Origin: Octopus vulgaris
Taxonomy: Eukaryota
Assembly: GCA_951406725.2 (NCBI GenBank)
Contig: OX597817.1
Location: 170,996,001 to 171,060,000 of the forward strand
DNA length: 64,000 nucleotides
Direction: 5' to 3'
Within the stretch, counting starts at the first letter, position 1, and the number at the start of each line of letters is the position of its first letter. The notes under the pieces are model-generated. The model had not been told where the DNA came from and made no database searches. It worked only from the letters and a program-made list of their open reading frames with translations. Shown piece after piece: positions 26,356 through 39,805 of the stretch. The position numbers were made by a program, and so were the translations under genes.

Positions 26356-27327
26356 CCGTGCCGGTGGTACATAAAAGCACTCACTACACTCTCGGAGTGG
26401 TTGGCGTTAGGAAGGGCATCCAGCTGTAGAAACTCTGCCAGATCAAGACTGGAGCTTGGTGCTGCCATCTGGTTCGCCAGCCCACAGTCAAACCGTCCAA
26501 CCCATGCTAGCATGGAAAGCGGACGTTAAACGACGACGATGATGATGATGATATATTTTGTATTGTTGTGCAGTTTGTTTTGTATCATTGTTTTTGGTAG
26601 TTATTTTAGTGTATCGTCTGTTTGCTTGTGTTGAGTATATACTATGAGGATTGAATAATAATTATAACAATTATATTTGTTATCACCATCATCATCATCA
26701 TCATCATCATTATCATCGTCGTCATCATCAGCATAATCATCATTATCATTTTAACATTCACGTTTCTATGTTCATATGGGTTGGACAGAATTTTGTTGAG
26801 GTAGATTTCCTACAGCCAGATGTCTTCCCTGTTGTCAGCCAGCATCATTTTTACAAATAAGATAATATTTCTCCGTAACCAGACATGTTTTTATAGAAGA
26901 CGAGCAAAACGCCCCCTCCCCCCACCACCACGTCCAATGGACAGTGCTGAGTTGTCAAACATTTAAACCAAATTTTCTCAAAACAACTTGTCCGACCGTC
27001 CCATAGGCCTCCCCTTTGAGAAACACTGCTTTAACCTAAATTTGGGACACCAGTAAATGAAGTTAGATTTTTTTTCTATTCCAAAGAAAAACGATTTTAT
27101 TCACTTTATCAATCGCATTCTCGATTTTTGTGATTTTTTCAAGACTTATACACGCCCTGATAGCGTCGGTATCTTCATATCAAATTTGAGCGCAATCGGA
27201 TGGAGAATGCCCAAGATCCTAGAAGACACACACACATACTTCTCCATTTATCTATCAATCCACCTATACATATATACATACATAGGCACAGGAGTGGCTG
27301 TTTGGTAAGTAGCTTGCTTACCAACCA

Positions 27328-28128
27328 GACAGAACAGATTTTATATAATAGACTAGCAATGCATCCTGGCGTTGCCCGGGTGTTTGAACCTACAGCCACA
27401 TTGTTTTATTTGTTTCTTTTTTATGGGTAGAATCAGCACACGAGGAGCATGAAGCAAACAACTCTTTTTTATAAACATGCTTTTCAGTCATTTTGTGATG
27501 AACAATGCTGAAATTGTTGTCACCAAAAACATATAAAATAGCAGCTTAGATTAGAAGGAAATCCTAAAATTGCCCCCAAAATGACCTAGACATACAGATA
27601 TAAAGAACTGGATGATAAATGAGAACATAGAAGTATCCGTATTACAGAAAGTAAGGTACATGGAAAGAAAGCTGCTTCATTGTGAAAAGGACCTTCCTTG
27701 TAATGTTTGGGCAGACTGCACACTTCAACATATGTTAAGTGAAGCTGTCAATGCTTCTGGGTTAACTATGTTTTGCATAAGTCCAGTGTTGGTAGAACAA
27801 ATATACAAGTCATCTGCACTGCTAACTCGAGAGCATGCAACATATAGTTGTCCATGAGAAAAGCAGGGTAATTTTAAATTGAGACCCACAATTTTTAAAG
27901 TTTGACCCTAGGCTTTGTGGATTGTCATAGCACTGGTAACTGGAGGCACTTGAAATGAAATGGCACATTTGAGGGAATAAGGAGTATGCATGGAATGTAT
28001 GTGATCTCTCCTCAATGGCAGCTGGCAATATTGGCTGCTTGTAGTTATAATCAATCTTGTACCATTGCGTAGTCGTGGTGGGTCCAAATTCCTCAAGAGC
28101 ATCATAGGTGCACCTTTCTTTAGGAACA
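27328..28128 (-). mobile_element. Helitron fragment: PIF1-family helicase C-terminus, 3' hairpin/CTAG, joined to a 5' TC end
   Basis: LKKGAPMMLLRNLDPPRLRNGTRLII..AMTIHKA*GQTL..CFSHGQLYVACSRVSS; hairpin 27366-27381, CTAG 27353-27356, then TCTATTATATAAAATCTG. Confidence 0.88.
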
Positions 28129-28343
28129 ACACATACTTCTCCATTTATCTATCAATCCACCTATACATATATACATACATATGCACAGGAGTGGCTGTTT
28201 GGTAAGTAGCTTGCTTACCAACCATATGGTTTCGGGTTCTGTCCTACTGCGTGGCACCTTGAACAAGTGTCTTCCACTATGGCCTCGGACTGACCAAAGC
28301 CTTGTGAGTGGATTTGGAAGATGGAAACTGAAAGAAGCCCATC

Positions 28344-28394
<51 letters not shown>

Positions 28395-28657
28395 TGTGTA
28401 TATGTTGGTGTGTCTGTATTTGTCTTCCCATCATCGCTTGATAACTGATGCTGGTGTGCTTACGTCCTCATAACTTAGCAGTTCAGCAAAAAACACTGAT
28501 AGAATATGTACTACGCTTACGAAGAATAAGTCCTTGCTTGATTAAGGGTGGTGCTCCAGCATGACTGCAGTCAGATGACTGAAACAAGTAAAAGAATAAA
28601 AGAATATATACATACATATACAATGGGCTTATATATATATGTGTATATATGTATATA

Positions 28658-28689
<32 letters not shown>

Positions 28690-29279
28690 AAATACAAAAT
28701 GGGACAAGAATGCAAAACATCCAGACAGCTAGGTGATACAAAAAGGGACAACAAAACATCCAGATAGACGATACAAAGAAAACAAGGATGCATCATTCGA
28801 AGTTTTCTTTCCTTAGTCAAGCACCAGATTATCCTCGCAATTTCAGTTGATTATTCTTAAGATCGCTCCAATCTGGCCAGCCCCAAGGAAAAACTAAGCT
28901 AAGAATATGAGATTCCTTAAAAGAAAACAGGCTTCTTTTAGTTTCTATCTACCAAACCTACTCACAATGCTTTGGTCAGCCTGGGGTTATGCAGTGAGAT
29001 TGAACATATGGCTGGGAAGCAGACTTCTTACCACACTGCCACATCTGCATTTATATGCTATAATAGATACATCTATTTGTTGTTATAAAATCTGAGTGTA
29101 GAGACAATACTTTAGTTTTGAAAAACAACCTTTATGGCACTGGTTTTACCAAAAATAAAAGGACCCAATAGTTGGTGACAAGAAGGGTATTCAATTTGTA
29201 AAACAAAACCAAACTCCTGTAAAGCTCCAACACAATGATAAACTCTAACTGTATATACATGACTAAGATTCAATAACTG

Positions 29280-30150
29280 TAGTAGCACGTAGTAGTTAAG
29301 TAGATAGGTAGAAATATCTGACAGTGAGCAAAATCTTGAGAGGAGAATAACAGATGTGTGTTGTGTGCAAGAAATAAGATGAAGGGAGGCCTCATTCAGA
29401 CACTTTACAAGCAAAAATGACCAGTACAAATTTTTCTGGATAAGTAATAATGTTGGTTAAGATGGATTTGGTATTTTGGTAGCTGAAAAGTGAAGAGATA
29501 AAATAACTGAAGTATCCATAATATGTGACAGGATAATTAAAATTAGACTAGTTGTAGGCAAAGCAACGGAGACTATAACCTCTGCTTATGTTCCACGCTT
29601 GGGGTCTAGTGGATAAGCAAAAGAATTGCTTCTATGAGGCTCTCTTACATACCTATTTCTTTACTACTCACAAGGGGCTAAACACAGAGGGGGACAAACA
29701 AGAACAGACAAACGGATTAAGTTGATTACATCGACCCCAATGTGTAACTGGTACTTAATTTATTGACCCTGAAAGGATGAAAGGCAAAGTCAACATCGGC
29801 AGAATTTGAACTCAGAACATAACGGCAGACGAAATATGGCTACACATTTCGCCTGGCGTGCTAACGTTTCTGCCAGCTCACCACCTTAACATACCACCTC
29901 TCTTACATACCATCTCACTAACAGGCAATAGCAATATGATTACCTTGGATAGTGACTTCAAAAGACATGGTGGGTAGCATCATGATAACTACCCTGGAGT
30001 ACATAGTGATTACAGATGAGATTCTAGAAATGAGGAAGGACCAATGTTTCTGGAATTATGCTATATAGATAAACTAGCCATTTGCAACACAAATTTCAGG
30101 AAACCAACCAGTTACTTCGCCACCTTCCAATCAGGTGAACACGAAATCAA
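29280..30150 (+). pseudogene. RTE-clade LINE AP-endonuclease remnant, interrupted by SINE D (29654-29897, 14-bp TSD ctctcttacatacc)
   Basis: DVCCVQEIR*..QYKFFW..GFGILVAEK..CDRIIKIRLVV..ITSAYVP..DF..HGG..RNEEG..FLELC..LAICNTNFRKP; related scraps at ~22070-22310. Confidence 0.8.
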
Positions 30151-30269
30151 ATTTGTAAGTTTCCGTATAAATAAAATAAATATCTAAAGTAAAACTTTTC
30201 CAAGAATTGATTTCTTTATAGTTTGAGACTTGTCATTGTTCCCACTAAAATACACCCTAAGCCTATATA

Positions 30270-30296
30270 GGTGTGTATGTGTGTACATGTATGAGT

Positions 30297-30331
<35 letters not shown>

Positions 30332-30757
30332 TGCAAGCGTGTGAGTGTATTATGTGTGTATGTATGTATGCCTGTGTGCGTGCATGCGTTCATGCATGTG
30401 TGTATGTATGTATACATGCATGCATGTTTATATGTATGTTGTATATGTATGTATATGTTTGTATGTATGTATGTTTGCATGATTTATGTAAGATATATAT
30501 CTATATATCTATCTTTTAATCTATGTTTTAATGTATGTATGCATGCATGTATATATTCATGTATGCATGCATGTATGTATGTATGTATTCATGTATGCAT
30601 GTATGTTGTATATGTATGTATATGTTTGTATGTATGTAAGTTTGCATGAATTATGTCTGATATATATCTATGTTTTAATGTATGTATGTATGTATGTATG
30701 TATATATGTATGTATGCATGTATGCATATATGTATGTATGTATGTATGTGTGTATGC

Positions 30758-30790
<33 letters not shown>

Positions 30791-30885
30791 TGTATGTATG
30801 TATGCATGCATGCATGCATGTATGTATGGATGGATGGATGGATGGATGGATGGATGCATGCATGCATGTATGTGTGTGCATGTTT
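30270..30885. repeat. Compound (TG)n/(TATG)n/(TGCA)n/(GGAT)n microsatellite field
   Basis: Direct inspection. Confidence 0.95.
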
Positions 30886-31649
30886 AAAATTGTGCAGTAT
30901 TTATTTTTTTTAAATATTCCTATAAAGAAGGAGCTTGTGGCCAACTAATAAAGCTTCTTTGCTGTAATTTAGATAACAAATACAGTAAAGAATGACAATG
31001 AATTTTAGAAAAGTCTTGCTTATTTTTATTGTTCTGCTTGCAAATTAACTTTCAAAATAAGTTAGTTCATATCTTTCTTTGCTGAGGAATGTTCCAGATT
31101 TTCCAGGCTACCACTTACATTATAAGCAGCATAATTAATGGGTGCCAATAATTATATGTGTAAATGCTTGGAACTATATCATGTTGAAAATATTAGCTCT
31201 CCTTTGATTGTTGGCGTTAAGCAACATCGACCCTAGATGGGTGACTGCTTGAGAAAACTAGGTACTGCAAACATCCATTGTTCAGGTCCAAGTGTGGCTA
31301 TGTGATTGAGAAGTTTACTTCCAAACCATATGGTTTCAGGTTCAATCCCACTGTTTGGCACCATGGACAAGTGTTTTCTACTCTTGCATTTTAGAGGGGT
31401 TGACACTTTCAAGCTTCACAATCTCTTTTGTTCAACAGATATTTAGTAGATGCTGTTTGCAAAACGGCTCGCAAGCATTGTTGTGTGATTAAGAAATTTG
31501 CTTTACAGCCGTGTAGTTTCAAGTTCAGTCCCACAGCATGGCACCTTGGGCAACTATCTTCTTCTATAGTCCTAGACTGCTTAATACCTAGTGAGTGAAT
31601 TTGGTAGATGAAAATTGTGTGGAAGCCCATCATATATATAAATATATAT

Positions 31650-32102
31650 TTAAAAAGGAGATGTGGAACACGAGTTGTGATATATAAAAGGAAATGAAGA
31701 AAATGCTGACAAAACAATTTAAGTAATTTAAGTAATTTAATTAGGTGAAAGTGCTTTTGAAAAAACTTTTGATAAGCATAACAAATGCGCAACCGGTAAA
31801 AAGAACTTTCACCTAATTAAATTATTAAATATTATTATCTTGTCAGCATTTTCTTCATATATAAATATATATATATATATATTTAAAAAAGGAGATGTCG
31901 AACACGAGTGGTGATATATAAAAAGAAATGAAGAAAATGCTGACAAATAATTAAGTAATTTAAGTAATTTAATTAGGTGAAAGTTCTTTTACGTGCATTT
32001 GTTATGCTTATCAAAATATTTTGATAAGCATAACAAATGCCAACCGGAAAGAACTATATTAAATTACTTAAATTACTTCAATTATTTGTCAATTTTCATT
32101 TC

Positions 32103-32103
<1 letters not shown>
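31650..32103. mobile_element. Two tandem inverted pairs of a PLE-terminus-like module with degenerate hammerhead
   Basis: Minus/plus pairs at 31650-31858 and 31883-32103 between TA tracts; TTGATAA GCAT-aacaa-ATGC GCAA CCGG TA AAAAG at 31769-31803. Confidence 0.65.
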
Positions 32104-32200
<97 letters not shown>

Positions 32201-33299
32201 GACGGGCTTCCACGCAATTTTTATCTACCAAATATATATATATACATACATAGACACACACACACATGTATATATATATATATATTATAGGTGCAGGAGT
32301 GGCTGTGTGGTAAGTAGCTTGCTTACTAGCCACATGGTTCTGATGGTTCTGGGTTCAGTCCCACTGCATGGCACCTTAGGCAAGTGTCTTCTACTATAGC
32401 TTCGGGCCGACCAAAGCCTTGTGAGTGGATTTGGTAGATGGAAACTGAAAGAAGCCCATTGTATATGTTTGTGTGTGTGTGTGTGTGTGCATGTGTGTTT
32501 GCATGTGTGTGTGTATGCATGTGTTTGCATGTGTGTGTGTGTGTGCATGTGTGTGTGTGCGTGCACACGCAGAGAACTGATGCAGTCACCAGCTATACCA
32601 CTTCATGTGTTTGGGATCTTCCAAATAAGAAATGGAGAAATATGAAAATACTAAATAAAACAGAATAAAAACAAAAAGTGAAAATTCCTTGAATGGAATC
32701 AAGCTTACTTTAGAATGCTGAGTAGGTGATGAAAGGGAAAGCTACAGAATGGGGATGGTGGATATTTTAACTCCAAGAATAATAAAATTTTTTATTAAAA
32801 GCTTTCATAAACATGTATTAGCTGTTTATACCAATTATTATAATTTTCTGATCCTTTTTACTTTTTCAATTAATTTTTTAAAAATAATAATTACTAAATA
32901 TAATTTAAAGGATTTTTACACCTTCCAATTAAAAAAAGCTTTTTTTTCTTTTATTTTTATAAGGTTCATCATTCTCTTTTATGATAGCATATTCTGAATT
33001 TTTTTTTCTTTTAATGCCTCACTGCAAAACTATTAAGTGAAAATAGATAGTAATGAAGATTAGAATGTGAGTAGAATGTGTAAAAGCCATGGAATTTGAA
33101 ATTATAAGAATAGCAGAAGTGTGTCACAGACTTTCAGAAATATCTGTTTCTGATGATGTAATGCAGCATGAAGCAGAGATTTTTGTATCATGAATAGAAG
33201 AGAAGGTTCCAATTTTCAAGTCATGATGAATATTTCGTATTACATCTAAGGTAGAATAAATTTTGGCACAAGGCCAGCAATCTTGGAGGAGGGGTTAAG

Positions 33300-33915
33300 T
33301 CATTTACTTATTTATCGTTTCTGAAATTTTCGTTGCTTCCTGCAACCTCTTCAATAGTCGTTGGCTCTCCCCAGACACAATAAAATATGCCTTCACACAT
33401 AATTTCACATAAAGAATCTTGCAAACCAAATAAAAAAACGAAATTATAAACAGAAATAGACAGAAATTTCTACACCCACCCACAATGCACACACACACAC
33501 AGTGCTCAACTGGTACTTAATTTATCAACTCTGAAAGGATGAAAGGCAAAGTCGTCCTCAGTGGAATTTGAACTAAGAACATAAGAATGGATGAAATGCA
33601 GTTAAGCATTTTGCCTAGCTTGCTAACAATTCCACCAGCTCACCACCTTAAAAACAGTAAATATTATAAGCAGGTTTTGTTGTGTCTGGGGAGAGTCATT
33701 CCATTTTAATGCCTCGTTAACACACACACTGGTTCAATTTCCACTCATTTACTTATTCTTTCTGAAATTTTCGTTGCTTCCTGCAACCTCTTTGATAGTC
33801 GTTGGCTCTCCCCAGACACAATAAAATATGCCTTCACACATGAATTCACATAAAGAATTTTGCAAACCAAATAAAAAAAAACAAATTATAAGCAGAAATA
33901 TACAGAAATTTCTAT
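33300..33915 (-). mobile_element. Two direct copies (~33300-33471, ~33745-33914) of a ~170-bp module with hammerhead-like core
   Basis: Minus strand TTGAAGA gGTTGC-aggaa-GCAAC GAAA ATT TC AG at 33321-33357; first copy sits inside a family D SINE; stem I is weak. Confidence 0.55.
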
Positions 33916-34135
33916 AGAATTGTCTTGCTCAGTTTCATTAATTCTGTCTTTAATTCATTAATTACAAAATTGATTATTGTGCAAATAGTTTTAAAGGGCA
34001 ACTAGCTTCAACAAAAGAATTAGCAACAGAAACAGGTGTAGAGTAAAATAATAGTAAAAATAATATGCCCCAAAATGGGAGTCTGAATAGGGGTTATAAT
34101 TAATAGCAACAGAAGCAGTATTAGAACCAAGAGGT

Positions 34136-34605
34136 AATCTTGATCTCCAACTTAATGTGGAAAGTGTGTTAGAATACAGAATACTGAGTTATTTACTGTG
34201 AGAGAATTTTTCATACGGAATCATGGTGTATAAAAGCACACATAATTACGTTTATCGTTGACAGATGAGAAACATCTACTATGGCTTCTGGAACTCCCAG
34301 GTCACATGATTTCACCCTGCTATGAGTTCCTTAATGACAGATGTCCAGCAGTGCAATAACAGCCAAATCTCCCATCTGCAGTATATTAAATTTCAGTGTC
34401 TATTCAGGCATGTCACTGATGGGCATCTGTCACTGAGGAATCCATAGCAGGGTGAAATTATGTGATCTGGCAATTTTTGTCTGTGAATAATATAGTTACA
34501 TGTGATTTTATGCACCACAATTCCTTATGATTGATCATTTCAAGGTAAATAATGCAGTATTCTGTGTTCTAACACAACTTCCACATCAAGTTGGAGATCA
34601 AGATT
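34136..34605. repeat. ~470-bp imperfect fold-back
   Basis: Three nested complementary blocks, e.g. aatcttgatctccaactt/aagttggagatcaagatt and ccaggtcacatgatttcaccctgctatg/catagcagggtgaaattatgtgatctgg. Confidence 0.9.
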
Positions 34606-34726
34606 TAATCAATTATAAAGTTTTCATAACAGATGAGGATTTTGAAATAGCATAACAGATTTTGATCAGCATTTTGGGGCTTAGACAACAAGCTAAGACA
34701 CAAAACAAATAATTTTATCAACAGAT

Positions 34727-34888
34727 AGGCATAGGAGTGGCTGTGTGGTAAGTAGCTTTCTTACCAACCACATGGTTCCAGGTTCAATCCCTCTGCATGG
34801 CACCTTGGGCAAGTGTCTTCTACTATAGCCTTGGGCCGACCAAAGCTTTGTGAGTGGATTTGGTAGACGGAAACTGAAAGAGGCCTGT

Positions 34889-34921
<33 letters not shown>

Positions 34922-35168
34922 CTGTGTGTCTGTGTGCATGTGTGCGTGTGTTTGTGTGTCTGTGTTTGACCCTCCAACATCGCTTGACAACTGATGCTGG
35001 TGTGTTTACATCCCTGTAACTTAGTGGTTCACCAAAAGACACCGATAGAATAAGTACTAGGCTTACAAAGAATAAGTCCTGGGGTCGATTTGCTCGACTA
35101 AAGGTGGTGCTCCAGTATGGCCACAGTCAAATGACTGAAACAAGTAAAAGAGTAAAAAAGTAAAAGAG
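34727..35168 (+). mobile_element. CORE-type SINE (family A), full length
   Basis: Complete match to family consensus. Confidence 0.92.
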
Positions 35169-35289
35169 ATGTGAGCTACTGACTAAAATAAATATTAAAA
35201 AAGAATCGTGTTTTTGGAAATGTAAAGTTTGCAATAGAAGTTGTCAGATTCTTTGATAGTAATAAGTTACAAGACATCATGGCAAATCT

Positions 35290-35502
35290 TTGGTTTGCAT
35301 TAAGGATAATACTTACTATAGAGCGAAAAACCTGAGTAAACGAAAACTTATAAAGGCATATTTACAGTATTCCATCACGCAAGATAGATTAAATTCTTTG
35401 GGAATTGTGTCAATAGAAAATGATATTGTAATAAAGATAGATATAGGAACTGCTATCGAAATATTTTCAGATCTAAGTTCCAGAAAAAAATGTTTTGGAT
35501 GA
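35290..35502 (+). pseudogene. hAT transposase C-terminal dimerisation-domain remnant
   Basis: LSKRKLIKAYLQYSITQDRLNSLGIVSIENDI matches the FSKLKLIKNYLRSTMSQERLNSLAILSIE pattern. Confidence 0.8.
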
Positions 35503-37056
35503 TATATATTTTATCAGTGTCTGTTTCTTTGCTTATATATATATATTTTTTTTTTTAGGAGAAAATAACCCTAGCCCTAGCATCTACAAGTGATCAGCAG
35601 CACTCTTTAGACTTTCTGTCACCCAATCGACTGCCATAACATTTTTTTTTTCTGGGAAAAATGTGCTGAGGTCAATGCCAATAATGTAAATACAGTCTCT
35701 CTCTTTTTCTCTCTCTCATTCATTTTCTTTCTCTCTCTCTCTCTCTTTCCTTCTCTCTCTCTCACACACTTTTTTCTTTCTATCTATCTTTCTTTCCTTC
35801 TCTACTTAGTGCTCATGAAAAATTTGTATGCTGGGAATGGATAATAAATTGTACCTGTCTGTGTAACTTAAATACAGTTTTAAAAAAGCATTGAGCTGAC
35901 AGAATTATTATCTCTTTGGTTACTGTATTTATTTTGAGATGTTCTGTGTTTCTCTCAATTATTTTAGATATAACAAAGAATTTAGTAAAACAACTTGGTT
36001 ATCATTCAGCTAGTGTTAGGGGAATAAATTGTGACTAAGGTTTGGTGGAAGATTTTAATTCAAAACTTATGAAAACAAGACATTTGTACTACAGGGCCAG
36101 AGTCAGTTTCAGTCAGGTTGGTAACGAAAAGGTTAATGCATCAGGCAAAATGTTTTGTGAATTTTATTCTGGCTATTTATGTCCTAAATTCAAATTCCAA
36201 TGAGGTCAACTTTGCCTTCCCTCCTTTCAAAATCAATAAAATAAATACCAGTCATGTGCTGGGGTTGATGTAACCAATTATCCCTCTCACCCCACCAAAA
36301 TTTATTTTGTCTTATGCCTGTTGTAGAAAGAAAACATGAATGCAGTTCTTTGTAGTCTCAAAGAGTATTTTTCTCAAGCAGTATATTTGTTTCTGCTGCA
36401 TGCTCCACACACTTGGAGCCCATCTCTTCACGAAGCTGGACTTCATCTATCTCTAACTGTTTCATGAAGCTCAATTAAATGAGCTTCTAGTTCTTCGTGT
36501 CCAATGCAAAGAAATATGTAAGTCATGAATATGATATGCAGAGTGTCTCGCCTCCAAGTCTTTGTTGAGGTGTGTTAGTCCTGCAATTCTAGGTTCACAT
36601 GGGAGATCATCAGAAAGCGAGTGTTTCTTGAGGAGTTCCCTACCAACCCACATATCTCTCTCTCTCTCTCACTCACTATATATGTATATGCTAAGAGCAC
36701 CATCCAAGCATGATCGCTACCAGAACAGCTGACTGACTTCCGTGCCAGTGGCACACAAAAAGCACCATTCGAAGGTGATCATTACTAGTGTCACCTTACT
36801 GGCAGTTGTGCCGGTGACACATGAAAAGCATTTGAGTGAGGTCATTGCCATTGCTGCTGGACTGGCTCCTGTGCAAGGGGCACGTAAAAAACACCACTTG
36901 AGCATGGCTGTTGCCAGTACCACCTGTGGCACATAAAAGTACCCACTACACGCTCGGAGTGATTGGCATTAGGAAGGGCATCCAACTGTAGAAACTCTGC
37001 CAGATCAAGATCGGAGCCTGGTGCAGCCATCTGGTTTGCCAGTCCTCAGTGAAATC

Positions 37057-37512
37057 GTGTGACATGGTGCAGAGTCTTGTTACCAAACATAGGGTCTTCA
37101 AGCAGCCACCCTCTTGACCCAGGGCAGCACTACCTCCTCCAGGCACTTGATATAGGCCTCTGTGTTGAGTCTGAGGCCATGTGTGAAGATGAATGGAAGC
37201 ATAACATCACCATCATTAGTGATCACACCAAACACCATGATGTTGACTCGATGTTTGATTTTTATCACTCTCGGTACATGTCCTCAGATTGACACCCAAA
37301 TACTCTGAAATGTTCATATTGGAGCTTCCAGCATGAATTCCATGTTGTTTCCAGATTTCTGGTAGAGTGAATTGCATCATGGTGCTGTTTTTCTCACAGG
37401 CAGTGCCCAACTGACCCTACAATACTGTGTAGTCAACAAAATCAAAAACAAACAAGGCACATGTGCTAAATTAAAAACATAAAATGGCATCAATTTACCC
37501 ATCACATCCTGT
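37057..37512 (-). pseudogene. Internally deleted Tc1/mariner-superfamily (maT-like) transposon with one TIR
   Basis: IMVFGVITNDGDVMLPFIFTHGLRLNTEAYIKCLEEVVLPWVKRVAA*RPYVW*QDSAPCHT; end TA|CAGGATGTGATGGGTAAATTG near 37512. Confidence 0.8.
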
Positions 37513-37544
37513 ATATATTTGTGTGTGTATATATATATATCTTA

Positions 37545-37766
37545 TTTTATTCTTTTGCTAGTTTCAGTCATTTGATTGTGGCCATGCTGGAGCACCACCT
37601 TTAAGGGTTTTAATCAAAGAAATCGACCCCAGGACTTATTCTTTGTTAGCCTGGTACTTATCCTACTGGTCTCTTTTGCCAAACCACTAAGTTATGGGGA
37701 CATAAACTCACCAGCATCAGTTGTGCAGCAATGGTGAGGGAGACAAACACAGACACACACACATGA

Positions 37767-37840
<74 letters not shown>

Positions 37841-38242
37841 GACGGGCTTCTTTCAGTTTCTGTCCACCAGATCCACTCATAAGGTTTTGGTCAGCCCAAG
37901 GCTGTAGTGGAAGGCCCTTGCCCAAGGTGTCATGCAGTGGGACTGAACCCAGAACCATGTGGTTGGGAAGCAAGCTTCTTACAACACAGTCATGCCTGCA
38001 CCTATATATATATACTCTTTACTCTTTTACTCTTTTACTTGTTTCAGTCATTTGACTGCGGCCATGCTGGAGCACTGCCTTTAATCGAGCAACTCGACCC
38101 CGGGACTTATTCTTTTGTAAGCCCAGTACTTATTCTATCGGTCTCTTTTGCCGAACCGCTAAGTAACGGGGACATAAACACACCAGCATCGGTTGTCAAG
38201 CAATGCTAGGGGGACAGACACAGACACACAAACACACACACG

Positions 38243-38297
<55 letters not shown>

Positions 38298-39635
38298 TAC
38301 GACAGGCTTCTTTCAGTTTCCATCTACCAAATCCACTCACAAGGCTTTGGTCGGCCCGAGGCTATAGTAGAAGACACTTGCCCAAGGTGCCACGCAGTGG
38401 GACTGAACCCGGAACCATGTGGTTGGTAAACAAGCTACTTACCACACAGCCAGAGAGAGAGACAGAGAGAGACAGAGAAACACAGAGTGAGAGGGAGTTG
38501 AAATGTGAGAGTGAAAGGGAGTAAGAGAGACAAGGAGAATGAGAAATGATTTCAGTGAAATATTGAGAATGCAAGGCAGAGTTTGATAAGGAAAAAGAAA
38601 AGAGGGATGAGAGGGGCAAGAGAGAAAATTTGACTGAAAGTTCATCAGAAAGTGATAGAAAAAGAGAGAAGGTAGAGTAAAGTCATAATTGGACTGGGGG
38701 AGAAGAGTATATGCCACTGTTTGGTAAGAGAGAGAGAGAGAGAAAGAGAGAGTGGGGGAGAGAAAGAGAGAGAGAAGAGAGAGAGAGAGAGAGAAGGAAA
38801 GAAAGAGAAAGGAATACTCTTTACTCTTTTACTCTTTTACTTGTTTCAGTCATTTGACTGCGGCCATGCTGGAGCACCGCCTTTAGTCGAGCGAATCGAC
38901 CCCGGGACTTATTCTTTGTAAGCCCAGTACTTATTCTATTGGTCTCTTTTGCCAAACCGCTAAGTGACGGGGACGTAAACACACCAGCATCGGTTGTCAA
39001 GCAATGCTAGAGGGGCAAACACAGACACACAAACATATACATACACATACATACATATATCTACATATATACGACAGGCTTCTTTCAGTTTCCGTCTACC
39101 AAATCCACTCACAAGGCATTGGTCGGCCCGAGGCTATAGCAGAAGACACTTGCCCAAGATGCCATGCAGTGGGACTGAACCCAGAACCATGTGGTTGGTA
39201 GGCAAGCTACTTACCACACAGCCACTCCTGCACCTATATAAGCCATAGTTTTGCAGACAAGGATAGAGAGAGAGAGAAAAAAAAATGGAACATGAATCAT
39301 AGTGCTACTCAGAGGAAACCAAGTGAAAAAAGAGAGAAAGAGGGTAAGAAAGAGAAAGGAATACAGTTTAATAGAGAGAGAGAGAGAGAGAGAGAGAGAA
39401 AGTTCTAAGTAAGAATTTAATGAGAAGAAAAAAAGAGACAAATATGGCAAAGCAAAAATAGAATTAATGGAAAAAGAAAAAAAACTAAAAAAACTATTTC
39501 CATTTTGTCAGTTTCCTATTCAAACATAGTGAGGAAATGAAAGTTCCGTTGAAAAGGAAATGAATTTGAATTTTTTGATAATATTACATGATATACAGAC
39601 TTCAGTGCCTGTTTTTATATATTTTTAAATTTTGG

Positions 39636-39687
<52 letters not shown>

Positions 39688-39763
39688 TAAATATATATAA
39701 CATATTTATTTACATATATATATACATAAATATATATAACATATATACTTTTATGAATATATA

Positions 39764-39805
<42 letters not shown>

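Noticed and set aside
22443-26380. 961-aa, 692-aa and other long minus-strand ORFs
   Set aside because: They are the 49-bp unit read through three stop-free frames (49-aa period); no domain, and point variants introduce stops at random.
36340-36653. Coding-looking segment on the minus strand
   Set aside because: Frames are short and interrupted, with no recognisable domain or splice pair.
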